Assembly (NCBI GenBank): GCA_044892505.1
Contig: CM097883.1
Span: forward strand, 284,146,001 to 284,210,000
Source of the DNA: Schmidtea nova
Lineage: Eukaryota
Length of the DNA stretch: 64,000 bases
Direction of reading: 5' to 3'
Below the pieces are notes generated by a model. That model ran no database searches. It saw only the letters and a list, made by a program, of their open reading frames with translations, and was not told the DNA's origin. Position numbers and translations under genes: made by a program. This document shows, piece after piece, positions 23,480 to 36,460 of the stretch. Each line of letters begins with the position of its first letter. Positions within the stretch are counted from its first letter, which is position 1.

Positions 23480-24900
23480 TTACACATCTTCAATTTACCA
23501 CAAATTTTAACAAATAAATCTAATAAAATTCGCGGTAAGAAGAGAGAGAAACAAAAGAGTTCGTACTGCTGCCACCAAAAGGTACGATATGGAAATGGAT
23601 CACTCATTCGACATCACAACACCTTCAAAAAAACTAAGAAAAACTAGTGATAATTGCGAAAGAATCAATGAAAAAGCCAACTACCTCAAACAACAAAGAG
23701 CAAAACCTTGGCTCACAAAAGATAACTTCAATAAAGCCACAAGTGAAGCATTAACTTCAAATGAATTCAACATGAACAAATTTTACTTGCACTAAATTGA
23801 TATAAACGAACAACTAAAATGGTTCGACTACGAATACAACAGCACCCAATAAACTACAAAGAAACTTCAGAAACAAAAACAAGAAAACAACACAATGCTC
23901 TTACCAGATCCAAAGAATGTACACCATCAACTGCAGAAAAGCAATAAAAGAAATATCCAGGGATTCAGAGAATATAGAAGACCTTAAATCCCACGTTATT
24001 GACTCACAGTTTGAAAGAGAAGTACCAATAATACACAACGAACAAATCCAAATAAGAAAATCCACACCAGAATGGGAAATCAAAAACAAAATGAGACTAG
24101 AAGAAATAATGAAAGCCATATCTGATAGCCAAGACTCCGCATCAGGAGACGACAACATTTCTATACGGAAATGGAAAAAATGGATGAATGAAGACGTACT
24201 AGTCTCAATATTCAACTGCATATTGGAAACTAAAAACATCGCAGAAACATGTAATAAATATAAAACAACACTAATCCTAAAACCCGAGAAAACAAACGAT
24301 TGTCAGAACTCAGCAAACTGGAGATCCATCGTAATAATGCCAACAACTTATAGAATATTCTTGAAAGTTCTCAACTTTAGAGAAAAAACAGAAAAAACAG
24401 ACTAATCTCAGAATGGCATAAGGCATTGTAAAAAGACAATGTCTGTGACAAACATAATTACATCATACAAGCAATCAGAGAAAAATCAAACCGAGAAATA
24501 TACGAGAACGAAGAATACCACGAAGAATACCGACGCATTTGGCAGCATCCCATACCAAATCATATGGCATACACTAGAAAAGATGAGAATGAACAAAGTA
24601 ACAATCCAACTACTCAAAGAATGTTACAAAGATTGTTTCACAACCTACAAAAGCGGGAAAAATTATCCAGTGAAATAAAATAAGTTAAATGAGTCAAGCA
24701 TGGATGCCCACTCTCAATGACCCTGTTCAGCCTTTGCATTGAATACCTAATACAGGAAGGAATGGCTGGAGAAAGAATCACAATAATGGCATATACAGAT
24801 GATTTAGTCCTTATTACTAAAGATATGTATATATATGGCAACGATTTAATCCATGATAAATACGATTTAATTTGTATATTTCGACTACCCAAAATACCCC
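23480..24900 (+). mobile_element. Degenerate RLE-type (R2/NeSL-like) non-LTR retrotransposon, RT part
   Basis: SASGDDNI, NWRSIVIMPTTYRIFLKVL, TDAFGSIP, VKHGCPLS, IMAYTDDLVL; multiple stops and frameshifts. Confidence 0.85.
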
Positions 24901-24936
24901 GTACATATATATTTTAATTAATTAAACCCTCTAGGG

Positions 24937-27319
24937 CAGTGGTTCCCAAACTGTGTGCCGCGAGAGATTCTCAGGTGTCCCGTGAAAAAAAAATTCAATT
25001 TTTTTTGGGCGAAAAAATACGTTTTTTAGATGGTTTTATATTTTTTAAATTTTGCTGAAGCTTCTTTTTTAAGATTTCGCTGAAGTTTTTTTTAAACTTT
25101 TGCTGAATTTCTGAATATAAAGTTTTTCTAGTTTATTTTATTATTCTGTAAAATTTAATTTTGCAAAAAATATTGTGGAAATAATTTATAAGTAAGCAAT
25201 AAATTAATAATATCAACATATTTAAAGTTTAAATTGTGAAAATTTTGTATATTTAAGTAATTTATTATCTTAATAGCAATGGATAAATATTTGCATAAAC
25301 TTCCACCACAAAAGGAAAAAGGCTTTACAGAAAAGCAGATCACCAAGAGAAAGTACAAAGAGGAATACATTCAATATGGTTTTACAGCTCATGAACCAGA
25401 TGATTCTCAGCAGCCGCTTTGTTTCATATGTAATACAATGTTGTCCAACGAAGCTTTAGTTCCCAGTAAGTTGAAACGTCATCTAGAAACGAATCATCCA
25501 TCTCTGAAGGATAAGCCAAGAGAATATTTCGAGGCACTTGCAGTTCAGCAAAGTAAGCAAGCAAAAAAACTTTCTGGCTTTATGCAAATTCCCAAAAAAG
25601 GTTTGATGGCGAGCTTCAAAGTTGCTCATTTATTAGCGAAACGAAAAAAAGCGCACACAGAAGCTGAAACGGTAATTGCTCCTGCTTTAGCAATAATCGT
25701 TGAAACTATGCTAGGTCCTGAAGCAGCAGAGAAAGTTAAGAAAATTCCACTCTCGAATAATACAATTTGCCGTCGAATTGAAGAAATTTCAACAGATCTG
25801 GAAGATCAAATTAAAGATCAATTCAATGCCTGTGAAGCCGATGAACTTTCATTGTTATGGAGTCTTCAAGTCGATGAATCAACCGATATAAGCGGAAAGG
25901 CACATCTCTTGTCATTTATTCGATTTATCAGAGATTCACAATTCGTGAATGAATTTATTTACAAGGAGTTAAAATCGACAACAAAAGGAGAAGACATTTA
26001 TGAGCTGGTAAATGAAAATGTATTATCTTTCAACCTTAGCGTTTGCACAGATTAGCGTTGCACAGATTAGCGTTGCACAGTTAGCGTTTCCACAGACGGA
26101 TGCCCATCGATGCTGGGAACAAATAAAGGATTTGCTGCTTTCGTTCAAAAACAAAACTCAAGTGTGATTATCACTCACTGTATGATCCATAAAGAGGCAC
26201 TTGTATCAAAATCGCTACCCGATGATATGAAAACAGTTTTGGAGCAAGTTCTAAAAGTTGTGAATTTTATCAAAGTTCATCCTCTCCACACTCGACTTTT
26301 TGCACAACTTTGTGAAGCAATGGATTCGGATCACAAATGTTTACTTTTTCAAACAGAAGTTAGATGGCTCTCGAAAGGTAAAGTGCTAGCACGAATTATC
26401 TGTCTTAAAACCGAAGTTATTGCATTTTTGGATGAGTTGCGAGCCAAATTTCCATTCTCGTATCAGGATGAGATGCGGTGGCTTAAACTTCAGTTTATTG
26501 GTGATCTATTTGAAAAGTTAAATTCGCTCAATACCAGCCTTCAAGGACCTTCAGAAAATATAATCACATCGACGTCAAAATTAAAATCATTTGAGGAGAA
26601 ACTCATTTTATGGCAAAACAAAATATCCAAAGGAATTTATGAGTGCTTTAAAACAGTAAATCAGTCAAAATATAAGAAGAAAATCAAGAACGATGTCATG
26701 AATTATTTGAAGGAACTTCAATTAGCATTACAACAATATTTTCCATCTCTCTCTCTCTCTCGATGAATATGGTTGGATAATGAATCCTTTTGGAAATTTT
26801 TCTACAACAAATCTAAGTACTGAAGAGGAGGAGTAACTGATAGATTTTAAAAACGATGCATTCAGTAAGTCGACTTTCGCCGAAAACAAACTTGACGTTT
26901 TTTGGATCTCTATTAAAGCGACGTATCCTTTGATTTCTACAAAAGCAGTGAAAATTATTCTTCCATTTGCCTCTTCATGGTGTTGCGAATTTGGTTTTTG
27001 GCTTTGACCGAAATAAAGTCAAAGAAACGAGAGCGATTAATCAACATTGACAGTGAAATGAGAGCATGTTTATCAGTTTTGGAGCCACGTTTTGATGCAC
27101 TATGATTGAAAAAGCAAGCACATCATTGTCATTAAAGAAAGCTCATGTTCCTTTTTGTTAAATAAAATGAATTAATTTGCAATCTAATTTAGAAAAATTT
27201 TCCATTTAATTACCTAATATATGATTTTAAGGATAAAAAAATATAAAAACTATACTGTGCCGCGAGATTTTTTGAATTTTCAAAGTGTGCCGTGAGCCAA
27301 AAAAGTTTGGGAACCACTG
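24937..27319 (+). mobile_element. hAT transposon (Buster/Charlie group), both ends present
   Basis: TIR CAGTGGTTCCCAAAC / GTTTGGGAACCACTG; perfect 8-bp TSD CTCTAGGG (24929-24936, 27320-27327). Confidence 0.97.
25279..27135 (+). pseudogene. hAT transposase, disrupted
   Basis: BED-type finger PLCFICNTMLSNEALVPSKLKRHLETNHP; VDESTD, CTDG, HCMIH, EVRWLSKG, SWCCEFGF; broken by a 4x ~15-bp repeat at 26036-26096 and a (CT)n slip at ~26750. Confidence 0.93.
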
Positions 27320-28349
27320 CTCTAGGGGCTAATTAATTATTAAAATCATTATTATTTTCATTATTTTTATTATTATTTATTATTTAAGTATTGCTAATTT
27401 GTGAATGGAAAACTCAATATGTATTATATTTGCGTTTTGATATTACACTTAACACTGTTAGAAACAAAATTTACACATTAAAAATTTAAAATATTTATTC
27501 AGTATTTGCCAAAGTGAATTTATCTTATTGATTTATGTGCTTATTACGAATACAATTAATTTTTNNNNNNNNNNNNNNNNNNNNNNNNNNNNNNNNNNNN
27601 NNNNNNNNNNNNNNNNNNNNNNNNNNNNNNNNNNNNNNNNNNNNNNNNNNNNNNNNNNNNNNNNNNNNNNNNNNNNNNNNNNNNNNNNNNNNNNNNNNNN
27701 NNNNNNNNNNNNNNNNNNNNNNNNNNNNNNNNNNNNNNNNNNNNNNNNNNNNNNNTATTATAATTATAAAATTTTTTTTTATTTAAACGAGCACTTAAAG
27801 CTCGTTGTTGGACTTAGTGCCAGAAAAGAAAAGCACCAGGTGCTCAATAATAAACACTGTACATTTTGTGTAAACGATTAAAAAAATATTAAATCAAAGT
27901 GTATTGACACTCGATATGGAGTTTCAACAAATATTTGTTATATAAGAAAACTGATTTCTCAGTCAAACCACCGATAAAATCTTGTATTCTAAAAAGAATT
28001 ACAAATTCGATAGACGATATTTGTAACCAAAATTAGAATATATAGAATTTACCCATCCGAGCTCAGGAATCTGCACTCNNNNNNNNNNNNNNNNNNNNNN
28101 NNNNNNNNNNNNNNNNNNNNNNNNNNNNNNNNNNNNNNNNNNNNNNNNNNNNNNNNNNNNNNNNNNNNNNNNNNNNNNNNNNNNNNNNNNNNNNNNNNNN
28201 NNNNNNNNNNNNNTTATGATAGATAAATAAAACTTAATAATCAGACTTTGTGTTTTTATTTATATACGAACCATCAAGTTGAGATTCTTTGAACCTCAAC
28301 AATAGAAAATACAAAAAGAAGTAATATGTCAGAACTATTCACAGAAATC

Positions 28350-29530
28350 AAACAAAAGACAACAACCGTTTTCGAGTTACAGTTAAAAGCACATCAAAAA
28401 ATTCTGTCATTCAAAAATAATTTTCCGATTTCATGCTGAGAGTGCAACAAAAACTCATCTGCAGACATTCGACAATGAGATAAGAATGATGATCAAGTCA
28501 AGAAATGATTTAGACCTACCAAATAAAAGCCCATTAAATGATGCAATCATGTACGCACTAAGAGAAAAAGGAGGGATTGGCATCACAAAAATATTCGACG
28601 AACAAAACATTCAAACAATAAATAGATTCCTCAAGTTGATCAACAGCAACCACGGGGCTATTCACAATGTTCTAAAGGAAGAACTCATAGATCTATCAGC
28701 AATTCGAAGTGACACCCAAATCACAGGCATAAAAACGGCTTGCAAACTATACCACACAAACCAAACAAAAGTACCAAACCTAGATGGCTAAACAGAGTCA
28801 AAGATTCAATCAGTTCAATACTCTAAGACCACAAAATTAAACTGAATTTCCTCGTTAATGGAGAAAAAATAGGATGCACAATTAAATGCGAGACAGAACC
28901 TGAACCAACTATATTTACAGATAAAGTCGATAGTGTCCCAAACATTGCACTGGATAATAAAAACTGCATATCTCGAGAATTGGAAGGAAGCCACAAGTCA
29001 TGGTTATATACTGAGACTACCTACATCAGAATTCATGGAATTTAAAATACCCAGAGTGGCGTTTCCTAATAAAGGAATGAAGTATTCTAACCAAGGGGGC
29101 AGACATGGATTCCTCAAATGCAGAAGATGTGAGTATGGCAAAGAGTCAAGTGCTGTAGACACGGAGACAGACTGAGAACCAGCAAAAACGATGAAATACA
29201 AAAGATACTAGTAGAAATGCTCAGAAAAACAAAGATTAACTCCGAGACTGAAACCAGACCAAAAAAGCCAGCAAAATGTTAAAACCAGACATTGTGATTA
29301 GAGCAAAAAAAAATGCCCATTTGATGATAACTCTGCAAGAAAAGTACCGTGAAAAGTACTCATGAAAAGTACCGTGAACTTGCAAGAAAAAAAAATCAAG
29401 TTGAGAGTAACAACATTATGGGATACACATGGGATACTAGAAATAATGAGGTATTGAGGTATCAAATATGATGAATATCACAAGGGTGATCGAAAAAGTC
29501 ATAAAAGGATCCAGGAAAACACATGATCGT
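28350..29530 (+). mobile_element. 3' part of the RLE-type non-LTR element (post-RT, zinc knuckle, restriction-like endonuclease), degenerate
   Basis: EKGGIGI, CRRCEYGKES, HDEIQKILVEML, LKPDIVIR, KYREL in the expected order; likely continuation of 23480-24900. Confidence 0.7.
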
Positions 29531-29825
29531 TAAAACGGTACACTTGAAAAATTTATGCCCAAACCTGCATCTTTTATTTATACAATTTTTTGTATTTTGT
29601 TATAATTTTTAATAAATGTATTTGACCTTTAATCTAATTTATTATTTTTAATATTAAATTAAATAATTTAAAAAACAATTCTAAAAAGGCATAAAAATTT
29701 TAAAAATTTTTAATTATTATTATGTTATACAAAGTTATGTTATCTAAAAAAGTTTAAAATTTGTTTAAAGAGAAAGCAATATTATAATTACAAAATAATT
29801 TTTTTTATTATTTCACTGATATTAT

Positions 29826-30794
29826 TTATTTAATCCTAAAACGTTTGCCGCCAATTGTTACTGTATTTTGACTCTTGATCTTTTTTGTTTGTTTTACTTT
29901 CGTATCACTATTGTTGGCGCTTGCACTGCCTAAAGGCACTTTGCACAATTTTGCCCATTGGTTGAGCAGTCTTATAGCAATTGTTTTATTTTCCGACGTT
30001 TCATCTGGATGCTTACAAAGGTGATAAACCGCTTCATAGATATTGCTATCCTTAATATCGACCGATGAAATAATATTGAACTCTAGGAGACCTTGCAACA
30101 AAATCGTCCTTATATCTATTGCGGGCAGCCGGTTACCTTTCAATGGTTTTAACCATCCGGCCATTGCTGATAGAAATTCGCATTCAATTAATAAGCTTTT
30201 CACGTTTTTCTCACTAGATTTCCTAAGCATATCTTCTACTTGTTGCAAAACTTCTAGTTGTTCCTCGCATGGCTCGGTTTTTAAATTTAATTTTTCGTCA
30301 GTTTCACGTGCTAATTGCATTTTGTTTATCAATTGAAAAATTGGGATTTTTTTCCGGTCTTTGTCAATAATTTTGTTTGCGTCCGAGTGGATTCTTTTTT
30401 TGGATTTTTTTGCTATTTTATTTCTGACATTCTCAAAGGCGGTTAAAATATTATTGTTTTTATTGTCGTTATCGGGACCGGATTTTGTTGTTTTATTTCG
30501 ATTGGGTTTCAATATTACTTTGGCATTGTTTTCATTTTGCTTTATTGATGATTTTCTAGCAATTGTTTTAATTGGGGATTTTTTTATACTTTCTAAACTG
30601 CTTTCCTCGTCAGAATCACCAAAAAGGTCTTTGCAAATCTGCCGCGATGAATCGTTTTTGGAGCTGGAATTTGTCGGTTTTGATGGCAAGTTTACAGTGA
30701 AATCAATTTCATAATCAGAATCAGAATCACCTAGCAAGTCTTTGACTAGTTTCTTGGAAGCTTTTTTATTGTTTAAATTGTTTGTTGTTTTCAT
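29826..30794 (-). CDS. IWS1: IWS1/Spn1-like elongation factor (TFIIS N-terminal-like domain), intronless, copy 1
   Basis: 322 aa open; FLSAMAGWLKPLKGNRLPAIDIRTILLQGL...IKDSNIYEAVYHLCKHPDETSENKTIAIRLLNQW resembles the IWS1 domain (LS.M.EWL.PLPD.SLP...IR..LL...SGIG.AV..L.KHP.E...NK..A.KL..EW). Confidence 0.8.
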   Translation of the reverse strand: MKTTNNLNNKKASKKLVKDLLGDSDSDYEIDFTVNLPSKPTNSSSKNDSSRQICKDLFGDSDEESSLESIKKSPIKTIARKSSIKQNENNAKVILKPNRNKTTKSGPDNDNKNNNILTAFENVRNKIAKKSKKRIHSDANKIIDKDRKKIPIFQLINKMQLARETDEKLNLKTEPCEEQLEVLQQVEDMLRKSSEKNVKSLLIECEFLSAMAGWLKPLKGNRLPAIDIRTILLQGLLEFNIISSVDIKDSNIYEAVYHLCKHPDETSENKTIAIRLLNQWAKLCKVPLGSASANNSDTKVKQTKKIKSQNTVTIGGKRFRIK

Positions 30795-31779
30795 TTTTAT
30801 TATTTTATTATTGAAACTTTTAAATAGAAATGAAATATATATTTATATAATTTAATTAAATTTTGATTGGTCAAAATAATAATTTTAATTAATTTAAAAT
30901 GTTTAAAATCTAAAATGATATCAAATAATAATATCAATTATTGGTAGTCACATTATTCTTATTTATTTTTACGTATAATTATGGCTGACATCTTGGTTCA
31001 AACATATTCCATTTTTTTCGTTTCAAGGTTTGTTAGTAAATACTAAAAAACAATTTTTAGAAGAAAATTTACAGATAAATGTTTATGGTTAGAATAATTT
31101 TATTGAAGCTTTCTCCTAAAAATATCCTCAATGACCCCCACAGCTGGCCTTCTATTTGTGAAAGTGACATTTTGAAATGCTTGTGAACACATACGATTTA
31201 CTCAAATATAATTTCATTACTCTTTTCTCCTTTTCTCCTTTTTATTTTTGATTTTCTTTTTAAGATTTCGTTTATTAATTTTAATTTATTAATAATAAAT
31301 AACTCTATTTTAACAGTAGATTAAAAATGATAATCACATGGCATAGTCGAATTGTTTATATACAAAATTGTAGATTCTCTAAAAATTATAGATAGAAAGT
31401 AGCATTTTTCAATTTTCCGTGGTTTTGGAAAAACTTGCAGTTTTAGAGTTAAACCTGGTGGGGTAGTAAAAATATTAATGAAATAATGATTTTACTAACT
31501 TCTTGATTGGTTTAAGGGAGAATCTATAAATTAAGATTATTCTAAACAAAAAAAATAATAAAATTATATGCCTCAAACCCTTTAAACCTAAAAAACAAAA
31601 GATTTAAAGTCAATAGTGATCCAGTGAATAAAAAATACTCGGGAGCTAATAAATAAGAAGTAAAAGAATTGAAATGAAAAAATCATTTCTTGATGTCAAT
31701 TCCTTTCGTCAAAATGCTCGAGAAATGTTTTTAAAATATCTATTTTTCGTTGTATAACCATGCATAGATTGGAGACCAC

Positions 31780-32300
31780 ATAATTCCTCGTGTATTTCAG
31801 TATCACTGTGTCTAGTTACAATTGCCAAACGTGGTATTCCGTTTATGTCAACACTCTCATTAAGTGCCACACTCAGGACGTTAGCACTCCCTAACGCATC
31901 AGTTTGCTGTTCTTATATTTTGAACCAATTTTGTAATGCGTTTCTCAACCGTCCTAGCATAAGTAGACATTTCTTTTATCCTTCAAATAATGATGTTTTT
32001 ATTTTGAAGATCATCGAACGGCATTTCAGAGCACTTGAGGAAAATATTTTTTTTATAATCACCGTTTGTAAATGGTTTTCCAAAATTTGCAATACACTGT
32101 ACAATTTTGTAGCTAGCTTCAGGTGCTTGATCTTTTCTTTTAATCATGCTTGCAAAAGCGTTTGTTTGCTTCTCGTAGCAATTCACATCATTTTTAATTG
32201 ATTTATGTTTGTCTGCATCACACTTGAAAGATCCCTTGTGTTTTGTTTCAAAAGTGACGCTGGTAACAAAAAGTGTTTCTGGTAACAACAGTTTTCAAAC
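31780..32300 (-). pseudogene. hAT transposase remnant (SPIN/GTF2IRD2-like)
   Basis: EASYKIVQCIANFGKPFTNGDYKKNIFLKC and ARTVEKRI resemble AS..V...IAK..KPF.DGE..K and ..TV.RRI; stops present. Confidence 0.7.
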
Positions 32301-33176
32301 ATAAGGCACACACACATAGTACTATTATTTTTATAAATAAACCGTGTTGGTGTGTTGTTGCTTAAATTTACAAAAATTTCTATCGCTTCGCTCCTGGATC
32401 TTACTGCTCTAGGGTCACAACACACACATAAAAAGCTTACTGCCCAGGCACCCGTAAATACCCTATTTATTTAAGTTGGTACTGTGCCTGACAGGCGAAT
32501 GCGAACCAACAGGTGAACTCCTTTACAAGAACTACTCTTGATTCGACAATCTCTCGGGTTCCTTAAGACAGATAGAAGGTCATGCTTTATTCCCGTTCTC
32601 ACCCTTGCGCAGGTCTCTCATTTCGGGTGTTATCTCTTAAACGTACGTTGAAATTCTCTCTCCTTTGTTCGTCGGAACAATAAATTCAATTTCACTTTTA
32701 AGTCTGATAAAAATAAAATTAAGTTAAAACAAAAAACGGGTAGATTGATTAAATACATATAATTAATGACTATTACAAATAAAACAGATTTTAGATTAGT
32801 TTTTAAATATTTCCGTCAGTTACCTCGCTGAGATCGGTCAAAAGTCTGGTTTTCTCTTTCTCTAGTCGCTGCTTCGTTCGCCTTCGACGCTGAGTATGAG
32901 TACGTCTCCGCTTTTTCGTCGGTTTGATCATATCCTCTTAAAATATCCACTTAAAATTTCACTAAAATCTTAAATTTTCTTCATCTTTGATTTGCTATTT
33001 ACGATTATTTCCATTAATGTTAAAACTGAAATTTTATGTCATAAATTTATAATCACAAATTATAATCAAAGTTGCGATAACTTAGAAACCTTTTATTTTT
33101 TTAAAAATCATATTTATTAGTTATTTTGTTTAGAAATATATTTTAAAATTAACATTTTAGAACAATTTATTTTAAT

Positions 33177-33178
33177 AC

Positions 33179-33243
<65 letters not shown>

Positions 33244-33368
33244 ATCAATAATTCTCATAATGACTATAGATCAAATTTTGTTTATAAAAAAAATTTGATC
33301 TATAGTCATTATGAGAATTATTGATAATAATAATAAAAAAAGATCAAAGGTGAAAAAAGATAATTATG

Positions 33369-33430
<62 letters not shown>
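33177..33430. repeat. (TA)n microsatellite containing a 92-bp fold-back of the Penelope 3' terminus
   Basis: 40-bp perfect arms 33239-33278 / 33291-33330 matching the terminal sequence at 17209-17270 and 20570-20601; (TA)n on both sides. Confidence 0.88.
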
Positions 33431-33435
<5 letters not shown>

Positions 33436-33766
33436 AAATAGAAATATTAGAAAATAAATGTATATTTATTTAACAAAGATTAAGAAGCACTGATATCAAA
33501 AAATCATGTTCAATTAAAAAAATAATTTATTTATTAAATACATATTTCGTAAAAACAAACCCCAATCCAAAATTATATTCTGCTCAAGTATTTCGAGAAA
33601 TTACTTCTCATCATCAAGTGCTATTCAGTCAACCATTCCAATATAAATCAAATAAATCAAGTTGAAAACAAATTATTCATAATTTAAAAAAATGTAATAC
33701 AAAATTCCAAAATAATCAAAATTTTTGAAACGATAAAATTATTTTTCAATTTAAATAAATTAATCT

Positions 33767-34213
33767 TTAACACTTTAGGGACGGGTCACATCAATTAGCG
33801 TTTTTGCGTAACTTCCGCGACAGCCGGGTAGCATCATTAAAGCGCTCTGATGAATTTACTTGTTTTTATAGCCGAATAACGCTTACTGCAGCTGCAACTA
33901 TGGGTTAGAGTTCGTATCACATCTACTTCGAACTTAGACTTATGGAAGTTCTAAACTATGATTTTATGGATAAACAAAAAAAACATTTTTATTATAAAAA
34001 CATTTTATTAACCTCGTCGCTTCATTGATTTCATTCTGAATTCTATATTTTTGGAAGTCAGTTGTTACTGTTATTTTTATACTATGGATACGCCGTCAAC
34101 TTATTGTAATTTTCCCGCATCAAAACATCCGCGCTATGACGATTCAGGCAGTGACGCTGATGAGGAAGAATTGTTGAGCGAAATAGAGAGTAGTGATAGT
34201 AGTGATAGTGACA
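33767..34213 (+). mobile_element. Probable piggyBac 5' end, interrupted by a gypsy element
   Basis: TTAA followed by CACTTTAGGGACGGG; ATG at 34084 opens MDTPSTYCNFPASKHPRYDDSGSDADEEELLSEIESSDSSDSDS, an acidic N-terminus like piggyBac transposases. No catalytic domain or right end seen. Confidence 0.4.
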
Positions 34214-34228
34214 GTAACACATAAACCA

Positions 34229-34423
34229 ACCTATATCCTTATACGATTCAACAATAAAATACGCCAAATCATTGTCACCTCTGACTTATACTCAGACATC
34301 GCCACATCGCTCTCCATTGATAAGAGTTCCTTCTACCTATCGCGCAACGGTTGTTTAATCTCGACTTCCACCATATTCCAAGCTAATTCAATATTAGACG
34401 TTAACTTCCGAATTCACGGAGGT
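34229..34423 (+). CDS. Diverged ubiquitin-like domain at the Gag N-terminus (ends RIHGG)
   Basis: TYILIRFNNKIRQIIV...DIATSLSIDKSSFYLSRNGCLI...QANSILDVNFRIHGG parallels ubiquitin secondary-structure spacing and the [15 protein letters not shown] tail; no in-frame ATG found upstream. Confidence 0.7.
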
Positions 34424-36090
34424 GTCCGACCTCCTACAGAATCGATTTCTTCAGCCGTCTCACGTCCCATACTGTTTTTCCTAAATCAAGACGGTACACC
34501 TTCCTCGTGGTTTCGCATTTTGGAAGCCCGCACGTCCTCTTTCCAGAAATCACGAGCCGATTACTTCGTTGACAGTTTACCGCTGAGTTGATAGCTTAGC
34601 TTGCTCAGAAAATAGCAGATGCCCTTGATTCTGATAGCCCATACGAGAACTTAAAAGAACTCATAGTAGCCAAATACACCGCATCGCAAACCCAAGCCCT
34701 ACAAAAATTATTAGCCCCACAACGCTACTCAGGCCAACAACCGAGCCTCTGTTTGGCTGAGATCATTCGCTCGAACGATTCGGCCTTACCTGGACTCTCC
34801 AAAAATTTACACCTGTTGACACACCAATTCCTTTCTGCACTGCCCTACCACCTACAAACCTCGCTTGTATTGGTCGACTCCAAATACCCATATCATCTAG
34901 CAAAAATAGCCGACCGCATTTACGCACTTCAACCCCATAAACCGCGCGCTGATAATTACAAACCATCACCACCATCTCCCATTGTCAACGCAACACATAC
35001 ACCTGAAAACCACTACGCTCGCAACGTCGAAAGATATCCATACACCGCCATTACATCTAGTACAACATCCGAATCGTCTACCGGCAGCACGCACTCAAAA
35101 CGTACAACCCAGTAACAACACATCACTAATTTGCTATTTCCACAGCCGATTTAGAAAACATGCACAGAAATGCTGCATTGGTTGGACTTCCGAATTCCAC
35201 AATTCTCATAACCCCGTCATTACAATCTGCATCCACCACCACCTGTTCAAGAACGAAGCCAAATTGTGCATCGAAGGATGTACATGGCACACCAGCAATC
35301 ACTACCATGCAAAAAACTAATCGAGTCATCGGATATTTCTGGACGCTCCGATGACTTCCTACCAGTGAACACTCTTCAGCACAGCAAACCACGTCCAACG
35401 CACACAATATCAACTCAACCAGCAAGCACCATCTCAGAAACAACCGCTACCCTCTCCACAGTACTATTCTCTCACACAACACCATCACCAATACCAATAC
35501 AAGCATCAAAACTAGAACAAGAACCAACCAGCACACCTTGCACAACATTAGCAACAACACCAACAACGACATCACCCACCACACCACACAGAGCACCAAC
35601 CGCATCACGACCAGTAGCAACATTCACAACATCATTAGAAACCCCACTAACAATACCAGAAGCCCTGCTCACCTTTCCCGACAACGAAACCCGCACAGAC
35701 TACACACACATTCTACCACAGCCACCACAAACCACATCTCCGTCTCCACTGTCACCAACTACACCACCTTTAAACAGAATCCCCGGAAATTTCACCATCA
35801 ACGTCCAACTGTTCGAAGAATACGGTCAACCCAAACAATGCACAAAAACATTCCTCGCAGATACAGACTCGTCATATTTAATTTTACCCACCACGTTCAC
35901 CACAGACACACCCTGCTCATCCTCTTCCACAGCCGCGAACGGTACACACATAATGCTATCCGGTCCAAAAACAATCGAATTTCGCCTCCCAGGTTTTTTT
36001 ACTCCGATCCTTGAATCCTGTTTTCGCATTTCCCATACGCTCCGCGTACTTCGGCGGGGGCTATTGTAGTGCCTCCGTCATATTCATATT
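34229..36090 (+). mobile_element. Mag-type gypsy copy 1: Ubl-Gag-protease, RT/RH/INT deleted, PPT and start of 3' LTR
   Basis: SSWFRILEA...DSLP...YENLKELIV...QPSL Gag core; CYFH..F..HAQKC fingers; FLADTDSS protease; GGCGGGGG then TGTAGTG at 36065. Confidence 0.8.
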
Positions 36091-36460
36091 ATAAATATTT
36101 ATATATAAATTAAATTAAATATATATCAAAAGATATATATATATAAGATAAAATCATATATAAAGAATTATAAAAAGTTTTTGTTTAAATCACGAAAAAC
36201 GGCTCTCTTTTTGGAAACTGAATATCAAGCAAGAAAAGAAAATCCAGTAAACGCAACATCAATTTCTGAAGAACGATAATTCAAGCAACGACTTCCAACA
36301 AACACCACATCAATTTCTGAAGCACAATTATTCAAAGAAGCAACAACTATTGAATCGAATAAATGTTCAATTATTTTCTAGTTTTATTTTGTTTTGTTTC
36401 TGTAGTTAATTATTATTGGTTTATTTTTTGTATTTGTTACTGAAAATTATTTTTATTTAG

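Noticed and set aside
34147-34184. CTGATGA...GAAA hammerhead-like spacing
   Set aside because: No stem II or stem I pairing; lies in an acidic coding stretch (DADEEELLSE).
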